A stretch of DNA of 64,000 nucleotides from Phoronis australis (lineage: Eukaryota > Animalia > Phoronida). Both the position numbers and the translations under genes were made by a program. The notes under the pieces were generated by a model. That model did not search any database, was not told the origin of the DNA, and saw only the letters and a program-made list of their open reading frames with translations. Below are positions 53,405-64,000 of the stretch, in pieces (position 1 is the stretch's first letter; each line of letters begins with the position of its first letter). The stretch lies in contig NMRA01000037.1 of NCBI GenBank assembly GCA_002633005.1, forward strand, positions 124,001 through 188,000, written 5' to 3'.

Positions 53405-54772
53405 TTATGAAAACTGAGCCCTTTGCTTCAGAGGTTCATTGGTATTTCCCTGTGGCTTGGGCTGGCCTTTGATACCAAGAACTACCCTTTGAGAACCTTG
53501 TCCTTTAATGTTTGGGTCGTTCACACTCATTGGTTCTTGTGGAGTATTGTGCACATTTGCTCTGGGTTTTGGCCCTGGCACATTTTGTTGCTGACTCTGT
53601 TTTCTTGTACTACCAGCTACACCCACTTGACTTGTTTGTCCTCCCGCACGCCCTCTTTGCGCTCTTCGTAGATCGCTTTGCGCTGTTAGCTGATTCCTCA
53701 GCCCAACGATCTGGTTATTGTCGGTTGCCAGCACTTCTTCATTCTTTTGCTGTTGCCGTGTTTTGCCGCGAGCTTCTGTTTTAAGCCCTTCATCTTTTTG
53801 GTTTGGCCTTTGTCGTCCTTGGAGTCCAGACAGGGGCTGTGACTGTTTGGCGATGATACTTCTTGTTGTCTGTGAAGCACCTGCCCTTGGCTGTCTTATA
53901 AGGTTTGCTACTCCCGCCTGTTCTTCATACAAGGTGCCGTATGTTCCACTGTCACCAGAACTGCTGCCGCTGCTGCTACTTGACCCTAAAGTGGTCGTGT
54001 TTTTGCTATCCAATTTATTTTCGACTCCTTGATTGAAAATAGCATTATTTGGCTGCTTGACAGGTCGACTGTTCCTCAGTCTCTTGTCACCAGCTGTGTT
54101 ACTTTTCAAAGATCTCTCATTGAGACCATCTTTCTTGCTGGTGTCAACCATCCGTTGTCGAACTTCCAAAGTTGTAAGCTTCGCCTTTTGATCTACTTGT
54201 GGCTTGTGTCTGTCTGTGGGCTGAGCTCGTGACAGGGGCATTTCTGTAGGATGTCCTGTGTTCTTTCTGATGTTTGGTTGCTCACTGTTCCGACCTGCTG
54301 CAAATTTGCCGCCGTTACTGCTACTTTCGCTTGTTCCACTAGAGGTTGTCTCACTGTCGGGTTTAGATAAATGCTGTACTGTGGTGCGCCCGCCATTTGG
54401 TGAAGGTCTCCCTCCCACCTTGGTGCCTCCGTAATAATTTCTGTGACTACCGGTGTTGCTCAGTTCTTGGCGTCCAGCCCTTCCTTTCGTCATTTGGTTT
54501 TTGGCCTCTGATGTTAGCTCGTTTACCTGGTCTGCGTAGAGGGTAAGTGGTTTTACAGCTTGGGCATGCCCTCCCCCTTTACCGTGAACTATGACCTCGT
54601 GTACTCCACCTGGCGGTTGCACGTGCACACCCGTGATGGCTTTACTGACGAGCTCATCCACGTACCTTTCTTCAGTGCTGCTCGATACACCTGTCGTTGT
54701 TGATCCTGACGAGTGCTTCTCAGCTATAAAAGGTGCACCTCCCGCGGGTATTCTTTGGTAGTAAGGATNCAT
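53405..54772 (-). pseudogene. 5'-truncated duplicate of the FAM187-like terminal exon (no splice acceptor, no TM segment); possibly an assembly artefact
   Basis: The translation is identical to 57771-59138 apart from one N. It ends abruptly at the HINE element. Confidence 0.65.
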
Positions 54773-55801
54773 CTCCGTCCGTCCGTCCGGGTGGCGTCCG
54801 TCCGTCCGGGTGGCGTCCGTCCGGCGTCCGCTGCTTTATCTCCAAAACCCTTTGACATACGTTCATGAAATTTGGCACACATGTTCCATTCATGAATGGG
54901 ACGGCATGTGCGAACTTTCGGATGGATCCGACTACCGGTGTGCCCCCTAGTGGCAATTTTAGTTTTTTACGCTTACCTTTGTATCTTCAAAAGTCCTGAA
55001 CGGATTTTCATGAAATTTGGTATGTAGGCACCTATTAGTACGGTGACGCTATCCTCCCGTTTTCGGATGGATTCAACCTAGTTTGCGACACCCAGTGGCC
55101 ATTTTTACTGTTTTTGAGTCTGTTTTTTGGCGTCCACCCCTCTATCAACCAAACCGCTCTAAGTATGATTGTGAAAATTGGCATGTATGTTCTTACTATG
55201 AAGAGGACGGTTGACGCTGAATTTCCCATGACTTTGATTACTGTGGCGCCTCCTAGTGGCTTTTTTTTTTGCGCTCATGGCTGTATCTCCCAAACCGTTT
55301 GCAGGATCTTTACTAAATTTAGCAAGTGTATTTATGTGATGTTGACAACGGACGATGACGACTTTAGGATGATTCTGACTACCGGTATGCCTCTAGTGGC
55401 AATTTAAGTATTTTACATTGACCTCTGTATTTTCATAGGTCTTCAGGTGTATACTTTGTGTTACTTCGTGACTATGAAGGAAAAGTTACAAGTAGAAATT
55501 TGTTTCTGGCATTCTAATGCTGTGCTAATCTCGTATGTTGGTAAATTTGTTTTTAATTCTATGTTTCTGTGGTGCTTTAAGCAACTGATGTATAGAATGT
55601 GCTTGTATTATGAAGATCACTCACATTTTGCCCCTAGCCTATTGAGGAGACAATGACCATGCCTTTCCATTTTGCAAAGTACAACATACTACATATATGC
55701 CCTCTACTGGCCACTTTATGGTACCAAATTAAACAACCCTAGAAGGATACCATATACGGTGCAATTGTGGGCGCATTTCAACGCTCTGCGTTGCTCTTGT
55801 T
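54770..55801 (+). mobile_element. Second HINE/DINE-like Helentron element, 5' end missing
   Basis: (CCGT)n/GGTGGCGTCC microsatellite, degenerate core repeats (ATGAAATTTGG...CCTAGTGGC), GTGGGCGCAT (55767-55776), hairpin CAACGCTCTGCGTTG and a CTCTTGTT end. Nearly identical to 41486-42384. Confidence 0.8.
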
Positions 55802-58800
55802 ATGTGTTGGAATTCTTTGGGTGTACTGCTTAGTGGTTCAGTCGCACCAGTGCCTCAGCAGAATGTTGAACATTATTGTTCTTACAATTAATGATATTTA
55901 CAAATGTTTACTGCTGTAGATGATTCCGATGTTTTGTTTGTCGTCAGGTTGTTTGCATTGATCATCACTTACAAATTGGATTTCTCCAAAGTGGCCATTT
56001 ATCCGATAATCGATTACGTGAGCGAGGTGCAGAAAGTGACTCTTATACCCGCAGTAAAGGTCAGTCTTCTTTCTCTGGTGGTATGTCATCTGGGATGCGT
56101 TCCGTAGGGCGTCTGTCACAAAAACTTGTGGCAAGATATCCTGATTTGTTCAATGGAAGTTAAAGTGAGCTTGCTTTCTGTTTACTTCCATACTTCAACC
56201 TACCAGCATTGCCATCCACTTTCAGTATGGGCCGTATTGCTAGTTTACACTAATGAGATTACAAGCTTACTCACGAAACTCTCACCAGGTCTTGTCTTGC
56301 ACAAGCGTGATTTTGCAGAATTTCGCAAGATGTTAACCTTATGGAACGCTCCCCTGATGCAACTGATTGCTTGAATTTTGTATTTTCACTGCCTGAACCT
56401 TATTGTATCTTTGGCATTGAGAATCGCCGAGGACAGGTTTTCTGTTTTTCATTTTGATTAAAAATATGGCAAAAAAAATGAAATTATTCATCCTTAATTG
56501 AACTCTTTTCGTTGTCGAGGTAAGAAAACACTGCAAGATGAGAACGTTCACCACTTTGGGCAGAGTAAGACTGCCTAGCAAAGAAAGATACTTTGCACAT
56601 CGTCCACTTGTCAAGTATTCTGGTGATGGCAGTGCAACTCTCTGTGAATTATGGTGACTCGCAAAGTATTTTTCTTTAGTAATTTGAGAACAAGGTTAGA
56701 AAAGTGTCTGGTAGATGTGCTGCACAAATTTCTGTATCAACAGAATAAGTTCTTAATACATTTTACAGAAAGCCTTGTTGCCAGCCATCTATAAGCTACT
56801 GGACATCTGTGATGAACATGCCATAGCACAGCTGCATACCATTCTTAGTGCTGGTGTCAAAGAGATATTTAAGTCAGTCTATGCTGAATACACCAAGTAT
56901 CACAGGTACAAGGGAAGAGTGTAAGGCTGTGATCATTCTTAGCCAAGATTTAGTGCCGAATGAATCGCCTCACTCGGAGAGTTTGCAACTACAGTGGTCA
57001 GCCTGAGTCATGTGATAGAATGGAGACAGTTCGTCACGCCCTATTGTTCTTATTGATTTGGCGTTGTAGACAGATACGAGGATTATTGCACTCAGGAAGT
57101 GTGGAATGATGGGAAACGACTCAAGCATTACAAGACGACGAATTCAACGTACACGTCATCCATCTCCCAGTTCTGAAGAGATAGACACCAGCAGAGTTCA
57201 CAAAGACACACAGCAAATATTTTGCGAAGTACTTTTACGTTTTGTGATTAATTTAAATAATGCACAGCACTGGCGCTGGACGTTGTCTACCAAGCACTCT
57301 GTAGCCATCTAATGGTGAAGCGTATTACTTTAAGTCATGGCAGTATTGGAAAATGGGTATTCATGTATGAAGATCACACAAGACTCTCACTGTGCAATCC
57401 TAAGGAACCAAATGATGAAGAATTATGGTTAGGGTGAATGGACCAAGATGATGATATTTTGCTGATGTACTTTTTGTAGATAATAAGCCAATGTTTGATG
57501 TCCGTGGAATATTATACTTTATAAATTATTTATATTGTATCGCAGTTATATGGTTCTTCCTGAACAGGAGAGTTGAAGTCTACAGCTTATTATGCGAGCG
57601 GTCTTTCTTTTCTGTCCTTGTTAGTCTTCCCCTTTCACATTTTCACACCTTAGTCAGTCATTTACAGACAGTCATTAGCTGGTCCTACATTTCATTTTGC
57701 CATTCATGTGAACTCTCTCTGTCTTTAACAGTAAAGCGCCTTTTCAAGGCACTAAAACGTTAAGTGTCTGTTATGAAAACTGAGCCCTTTGCTTCAGAGG
57801 TTCATTGGTATTTCCCTGTGGCTTGGGCTGGCCTTTGATACCAAGAACTACCCTTTGAGAACCTTGTCCTTTAATGTTTGGGTCGTTCACACTCATTGGT
57901 TCTTGTGGAGTATTGTGCACATTTGCTCTGGGTTTTGGCCCTGGCACATTTTGTTGCTGACTCTGTTTTCTTGTACTACCAGCTACACCCACTTGACTTG
58001 TTTGTCCTCCCGCACGCCCTCTTTGCGCTCTTCGTAGATCGCTTTGCGCTGTTAGCTGATTCCTCAGCCCAACGATCTGGTTATTGTCGGTTGCCAGCAC
58101 TTCTTCATTCTTTTGCTGTTGCCGTGTTTTGCCGCGAGCTTCTGTTTTAAGCCCTTCATCTTTTTGGTTTGGCCTTTGTCGTCCTTGGAGTCCAGACAGG
58201 GGCTGTGACTGTTTGGCGATGATACTTCTTGTTGTCTGTGAAGCACCTGCCCTTGGCTGTCTTATAAGGTTTGCTACTCCCGCCTGTTCTTCATACAAGG
58301 TGCCGTATGTTCCACTGTCACCAGAACTGCTGCCGCTGCTGCTACTTGACCCTAAAGTGGTCGTGTTTTTGCTATCCAATTTATTTTCGACTCCTTGATT
58401 GAAAATAGCATTATTTGGCTGCTTGACAGGTCGACTGTTCCTCAGTCTCTTGTCACCAGCTGTGTTACTTTTCAAAGATCTCTCATTGAGACCATCTTTC
58501 TTGCTGGTGTCAACCATCCGTTGTCGAACTTCCAAAGTTGTAAGCTTCGCCTTTTGATCTACTTGTGGCTTGTGTCTGTCTGTGGGCTGAGCTCGTGACA
58601 GGGGCATTTCTGTAGGATGTCCTGTGTTCTTTCTGATGTTTGGTTGCTCACTGTTCCGACCTGCTGCAAATTTGCCGCCGTTACTGCTACTTTCGCTTGT
58701 TCCACTAGAGGTTGTCTCACTGTCGGGTTTAGATAAATGCTGTACTGTGGTGCGCCCGCCATTTGGTGAAGGTCTCCCTCCCACCTTGGTGCCTCCGTAA

Positions 58801-59138
58801 TAATTTCTGTGACTACCGGTGTTGCTCAGTTCTTGGCGTCCAGCCCTTCCTTTCGTCATTTGGTTTTTGGCCTCTGATGTTAGCTCGTTTACCTGGTCTG
58901 CGTAGAGGGTAAGTGGTTTTACAGCTTGGGCATGCCCTCCCCCTTTACCGTGAACTATGACCTCGTGTACTCCACCTGGCGGTTGCACGTGCACACCCGT
59001 GATGGCTTTACTGACGAGCTCATCCACGTACCTTTCTTCAGTGCTGCTCGATACACCTGTCGTTGTTGATCCTGACGAGTGCTTCTCAGCTATAAAAGGT
59101 GCACCTCCCGCGGGTATTCTTTGGTAGTAAGGATACAT
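55800..59138 (+). repeat. Second copy of a direct duplication of 51091-54772
   Basis: Colinear match. Intronic parts differ by SNPs and indels (including ~335 bp absent from this copy); the distal ~1.8 kb appears identical. Confidence 0.92.
55948..56924 (+). other. URB2: Duplicate of URB2 exons 27 (55948-56059) and 28 (56769-56924)
   Basis: Splice sites are intact and the peptide is the same. The coding differences I saw (CTG/TTG, CAC/CAT, TAT/TAC) are synonymous. Confidence 0.8.
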
Positions 59139-62100
59139 GCTGTAGGATGACCCCGAGCTGCTACTGCTGCCGCCACTACTGCCGCCACTACTGCCGCCAC
59201 TACTGCCGCCAGCGTTCGCGTCCTGTTGCGGCAGTCGCTGGTAGTTTGGTTTATTAACGCGTCTCCAGAATCGCGTTTTATATTTGACGATCAGGGCGAT
59301 GAGGTAGATGACGAAATACAAGCTGAATGCCAACCCAAGATACTTAAACCAGGGCACCACGTCTTAGGGAAAGAAGAGTTAACTGAGCACTGGTTGTGAA
59401 ATGTCACAGATGATACGTCAGTATTTCCATACCTATACTTTGTACGATTGTGCGGAGTAATATCCTTCAAATATTGCATTATAACTTTCTCTCGTTCACG
59501 GCTATAAAAATCTCCTTTGTCCCGTAGGTAAAAAAGCGCCTTGTTTTCATTGTCCTCCTTTTGGAGTGTCAGGCACATTTTTGCATGTTAAGTCGGAACC
59601 CGACGAGGTGTTTGATGGTGGAAATATTTCAGATTTCAACCGTTTAAAAGTTCCGTAATCGAAAAGTTATCTTCAATAAAGGGGATCGTGTTCGATTCAA
59701 AATTAACCTGATAAACTTGCTTTGTCCACTCCTCCGCATTTTCTTGTTTTTTTATTGATGTCGGGAAAGCGCTTTAGAACTTAACATCGCGCATACACGG
59801 ATTTGTCAAGTTTGTCAAACTATCTCTCATCAGGGTTGCAGCCCGCAGCACCACAGTAATATTTCGTTGGCATTGAAAGGCCAAATAGAATAAAATAACT
59901 TATGAAAATTTATAATACAACAACAGAGAAAAAGTGGAACTCCAGTGGCGCGAAAACGAGTGAATACAAAGGTGCTTGACTGATATCGCGGCATTGTGGG
60001 TAAATACAGCGCGATTCGAGTGCCGCTGTGAAATCCGGAGCGGACCTATTATGTATCTTGCCTCTATTCAACCAAGGGCTATCAGAGTTGATCAGGTGTT
60101 CTATATTTGGGCACTCGACAACAAACACCCTGGTATTATTTTAATGTGCATATTAAGTTTCTGTTATCGTCAAAGATTTTTAAAATATGTTGTTTTATGT
60201 GTTTACAATTAATAACTAAAAGGGTGTTTAAGAATTTGATCTTTGTTAATAATGTCAGTTACCTTGAAATTTCTCTCACTCACCTTTCAATCTTTTCTTG
60301 TATGGCGCGTAAACTGAAAAGAATATTTCGAGTACTCTTGATCAGCTAATGACGATAATCGCTGAACAAATGGATAGTTCCAACAAGTTAATCAAGCTAC
60401 TAATTCCATCCAATAGGGTCGTAGGAAGATGTTCACATGACAGTCCGCCATATTGGTACCACAAAAAATTGATTGTGAACGAAGGAGTTCAACGACAGAC
60501 AAGGAAAGAGGAAACGTGTCTGTGGCTGATAAAAGCAGTGAACTGCACGATTAGAGGAATAGATGGATAGTTATGTACATAGATAGACAGACAGACAGAT
60601 AGCAGGATTTTGAGTAAGGGGGGTGCAGGGCACAGGAATAACCAGAATTTCGCTACACGCGCGCGCCCNCGCCTGTGAGAAACAAAAAGTCCGAGAAAAT
60701 GAGACAAAAGTCCACTAATCAAGCACAAACGCGCAATTCACAGTGGTGCGCTCGTTTTTTTTCCTTTTTAGTCCGCCGGCTATTTTGTTACTCAAAGGTC
60801 CACTACGCTAGGAATTCGAGCCCCCCATATTGAAGGCTGGGTGCGCGGATGAATAATACAAATAGTCATCCATCTACACAAGTCGTTCCCACTTGCTAAG
60901 CGCAACGTGAAGTGACAAGAGTGGGACTTGTAGTAGTCGAAGGTAAACCTCTAAACTAAGATTTTACTAAGACTATATGTGTAATAGTCACTGATTACTT
61001 TAGAAATATCAAAACAAGGCAAGGAGACTTTGCGAACAACTAGTGCACTCGGTGCCTGTCTGAATGGACCTGACACCCTCATGAATGAATCTTTACGTGT
61101 TAGTGGGCTGGCCTAATATATGAATGGGACCAAATGCTTGGTATCGTAGATCCGCCATAGTGACTGGGCCCGCGTGGGATCGACTTCACAACGGTATCTA
61201 TCGTAGGCGTGGCATAACTGCGTTTCTCGGAACTATCCATTAGCTCCCACAGCTATATACTAAATACAGAACGATGATTTGAGTGACAGTTCAACGGGGG
61301 TACTTGTCAAATAGTTTGATAAGCTAGTGTTTGTGGATACCTTTTAGATGAATAGCGACTTTTTCCTTGAAGTCGTACCAACAGGTGTACAGCCCGCTGT
61401 CCCATTCCTGAGTGTTCGATATGTGAAGGGTATTATCGCCAGTGATGTTGACTCTGCTGTGGTCCTCCTTCACTTGTTTTGTTCTGTTCATCCACGTGAC
61501 CGCCGTGTCCACTGTTGATCCGAAGCACGTGAGACTGATGTTTTCGCCAACCTATTTATGTAGTACAGATCACTGACACCGAGCATGCGTTAGGATACAC
61601 GGAAATTGGTTGCACATGATTCACTCCGCCGGTTCAGCTGGGACAATCGGATAAGGCGTCTGATTGGTTGTAAGCCGCAAGTCATCATCGAGAAGCAGAG
61701 TCTTACCCAGTTGAACCAGCTGAGTCGGCGGAATGAATCAACTGAAAATGTGTTAAGCAAGAGGACGAGATTATTATTTCATGATGGACGTACGAACTAA
61801 TAGAGTGCAGAGATAACACCCATATGGGGAGACGAATAGTTGCCACGATCTTGTTGGGAAATCCGTTCCCGACGGGTTAAAGCGTCTACTATAAAGACCC
61901 CCCTGACAAAGACTAAGTTTTAATTTAGATCACTTCAGAACCGTTATGAATTGGTCTAAATTGCTCCTGTAAATAATTTCAGTGCGTAGAAAGATCTGAC
62001 GATTCGAGACCGAGACCAGGGCCCGGTCTCCAATCTTTTTACTCGAAATGGAACTCGAAATTAGGTTTGGCATTTTCTATTCTACTTTTGAGCGAACTCA

Positions 62101-64000
62101 AGATAAGTGTCTATTATTCTATGCTCGAGTACAAAATAACTTACGTAGATAATTTATTGCTCTTAGTTCACAGTTTGTAAACCCAATTTTAAAGCAATAA
62201 GTTCGAGTTTCAACTCGAAATTTCGAGTTTTTACTCGAGTTTGTAGCACGAATATAAGGGTCTTCAAGGGCAAACTTGAACTAGAAACTCCTATGCATAA
62301 ACTATAATATATTCGAGCACAGTCTGATAACCAATTATCTTAAGTTCGCACAAAAGGAGCAGAGAAATTGCCAAAAATAGTTTCGAGTTCGTTTCGAGTA
62401 CAAAGATTAGAGACCGGGCCCAGGCTTTACAAGTTGACTTGTCTCGGTGAATCATTTTACTTGATGCGGGACGAGCATACTAAGGTACTACCAGTTCTTT
62501 GCAAGCCTAAAAATCGCTTCTCTAAGTAAGCAACAGGATGAGACAAATTTTGTTGTGGCAAGACATCTAAATCATAAGTTATCTTTTTGACCGGCGGGGA
62601 ATGGAGATGTGAAAGGGGTCACGGCNACTTAGTTCTTATTATAGTCTATGTAGTACCACTGCGTACCAAATTTCGTATTTCATAAAGACTATAATCCAAA
62701 AGAGGAACAACATGCAATCAAAATCACTGAATATTTGTCTCAGAAAATTTACACAAAATGAGAGAAATAATACAAAAATTGGAATGTTGAAATACGCTTA
62801 CAAGTTTAGCAAGGTAAAAACGTGCCTTACAGAGGTGTTATCATAACCGAGCGGCATCAGTATGGTATTGAAAGTAGAAATTGTTGAACTGATTACGTTA
62901 TGCCCCTGCTGGGTGTGCAAACCTTTCTTGATAAGTTACTTGACGTCATTTTTATGCGACGAATCACGTGTCAGAAAAGACTGGAACCGGCTGGTCCTTA
63001 CTGTACTGTAGTTTAGATGTCTATTTGATTTGGCCTGTTGAACGGTGCGTTTCATTGTTGACGCCTGATGATGTTTGATTTGTTATCCGCTCGATCACGT
63101 GACCACGAGACCTCTCAAGAGAATACCCGCTCGTTTACCTTTGCTGTTTTCATCAACATGGGTTTCTTGGTTGAAGTGTCCAGAGGCCTTTTCATCCTTA
63201 GGTGTCCCAGTCCCAGATTTTCCGCTTCCAAGCGCTCTAATTCCGTCTCTAACATTAGATGAAAATTTAAGTTTCTTTTATAAACAGCCGATAACTACAA
63301 GACACATATCAGTTTAATGAATGCCTAATAACAAGAAAGTTGTTAAATCCATGCAGGCAGGTATAATTTTTTAACTGATATTAGTTATACAACACGCAAA
63401 TTAATGACGCGTTTTTAACTCTGTGATTCAGTCCTAATGTCGTCTACCCCGGCCAGCACTACTTTCCTCTCTTATTCATTGGTGTGAAGTTTGCTGGCAG
63501 TTACATCCCCAAAAGGTGGACAGAACGAGCCCCCGATTTGGCGAAATGGGTAAAAAGATCCATCCCTTAGAGGCAAAAAGTCCGACAAAATGGAACAAAA
63601 GTCCCTAAATAAGCGCAAACGCGAAATTCGCAGTGGTGCTCTCGTTCTTTTTTTTTTAGTCCGACCGACGTCAGAAATTCGAGAGGCCCCCCATGGTGAA
63701 GGCTGGGTACGCGCATGAAAAGGGCTGTATTCCGCAAAGCCCGTTTCTGGCAAGTTAATAAGCGAGATCACGCAAGTCGTAGCGAGATATTCCCATGGAA
63801 TTACAAGCTTTACTCGCAAGTATCACGAGTTACGAAACGAGCTTCAGGACGAAGGCTCTTACGTTGATCCGAGCAGCTCACGTGACACTCCATTTCTTGT
63901 ACTTCCAATGGTAGTTTGAGAACTTCTGGGAAGTGCCCGAATAGTGTCGAGTGGCATGGCATTCCTGATTTGTAGAACTTCATGTTATCTTCTATCCATG
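57771..64000 (-). CDS. FAM187A-like Ig-domain type I membrane protein, 3' part; exons >64000-63863, 63248-63139, 61551-61341, 59362-57771
   Basis: Phase-consistent exons encode, in order: YKSGMPCHSTLF...EVQEMECHVSC (Cys spacing as in the FAM187 family), a linker, an Ig domain VGENISLTC...VTW...LHISNTQEWDSGLYTCW, a TM helix YLGLAFSLYFVIYLIALIV followed by KYKTR, and a ~500-aa S/G/Q/K/R-rich tail ending at TAA. Confidence 0.82.
59157..59210 (-). repeat. Coding 12-bp repeat encoding (GGSS)n
   Basis: CTGCCGCCACTA tandem units translate to AGGSSGGSSGGSSGGSSSSS. Confidence 0.8.
60640..60852. repeat. Dispersed repeat (probable MITE fragment); second copy at ~63530-63717
   Basis: Both copies share AAGCxCAAACGCGxAATTCxCAGTGGTGCxCTCGTT...GAATTCGAG...CCCCCCAT..TGAAGGCTGGGTxCGCG. 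Confidence 0.65.
62020..62420. mobile_element. PIF/Harbinger-like MITE with CAG target duplication
   Basis: CAG-GGCCCGGTCTCCAATCTTTTTACTCGAAATGGAACTCGAAA ... TTTCGAGTTCGTTTCGAGTACAAAGATTAGAGACCGGGCC-CAG, with a largely palindromic interior. Confidence 0.85.

Noticed and set aside
53423-58762. Many short ORFs overlapping the FAM187-like tail exon and its copy
   Set aside because: They are antisense or alternative-frame shadows of a GC-richer coding exon.
59363-61340. GTATCCAC donor in the FAM187-like gene as a second U12 intron
   Set aside because: It lacks the TT at +7/+8, has no TCCTTAAC branch site and has a normal polypyrimidine tract, so it is more likely U2-type.

Overview
AT-rich, intron-rich animal (invertebrate-type) genomic DNA; there are no prokaryotic features, and most ORF-track entries are spurious or are exon fragments. 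Splice sites and reading phases were traced by hand for four genes. (1) The 5' part of a C2H2 zinc-finger transcription factor gene (- strand, runs off the left edge). (2) A complete 3-exon MPLKIP/TTDN1 gene (+, 20147-23188). (3) A complete 28-exon URB2 gene (+, 28994-52558, 1455 aa), which contains a minor-spliceosome (U12) AT-AC intron and a tandemly amplified 5' splice site. (4) The 3' part of a FAM187A-like Ig-domain single-pass membrane protein gene (-, runs off the right edge) with a ~500-aa low-complexity tail. About 3.3-3.7 kb covering the last two URB2 exons and the convergent FAM187-like tail is present twice, separated by a Helentron-type (HINE/DINE-like) non-autonomous element; this is either a false haplotype duplication or a recent tandem duplication. 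Introns and intergenic DNA hold many MITEs and minisatellites. I found no convincing wholly new multi-gene system. The best leads are the splicing oddities in URB2, the duplication/Helentron junction and one TIR element with a 14-bp flanking duplication. Family assignments come from remembered motifs, not database searches.
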